DNA of 37,719 bases from Candidatus Nitrosocosmicus sp. (GTDB lineage Archaea > Thermoproteota > Nitrososphaeria > Nitrososphaerales > Nitrososphaeraceae): contig JAKDMR010000001.1 in NCBI GenBank assembly GCA_030452275.1, forward strand, positions 1 to 37,719, in the 5' to 3' direction. Positions within the stretch are counted from its first letter, which is position 1; each line of letters starts with the position of its first letter. Position numbers and translations under genes: made by a program. Below the pieces are notes generated by a model. It saw only the letters and a program-made list of their open reading frames with translations. It was not told the DNA's origin and made no database searches. This document shows positions 37,695 through 37,719 of this stretch, in pieces.

Positions 37695-37719
37695 TCAGGT
37701 TTAGATGGGTCAACCCCCA

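Noticed and set aside
1-37719. tRNA, rRNA or CRISPR arrays
   Set aside because: None seen. The 36-nt rps5 copy is spacer-sized but has no flanking CRISPR repeats.

Overview
Archaeal chromosome segment, AT-rich by inspection. It most likely comes from an ammonia-oxidising Nitrososphaerota member (Nitrosocosmicus-like), inferred from the unsplit rpoB, fused rpoA'/A'', the acetyl-/propionyl-CoA carboxylase trio and a thaumarchaeal-type surface protein. Left to right it holds: a decayed IS630 element; a membrane-anchored protein with a 277-bp perfect internal repeat; the rpoH-rpoB-rpoA-L30e-nusA-S12-S7 operon; an unannotated protein resembling a divergent isoprenyl-diphosphate-synthase fold; RFC large subunit; the 3HP/4HB carboxylase genes; a peroxiredoxin; a nickel-pincer (NPN) cofactor cluster (iscS-larE-larC divergent from mdh-larB) with no larA in the window; the L18-S5-L30-L15-secY-adk-cmk-cbf5 block; priL/priS; mtnA; and a DUF59-PqqD-like fusion. 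Best leads: the larA-less NPN cluster built around malate dehydrogenase, the prenyltransferase-like orphan, the DUF59-PqqD fusion beside mtnA, an unlisted 52-aa Cys/His-rich ORF, a 36-nt copy of rps5 coding sequence upstream of its own operon, and a GC/codon-usage shift inside secY. All family assignments come from motif recognition by eye, with no database search.
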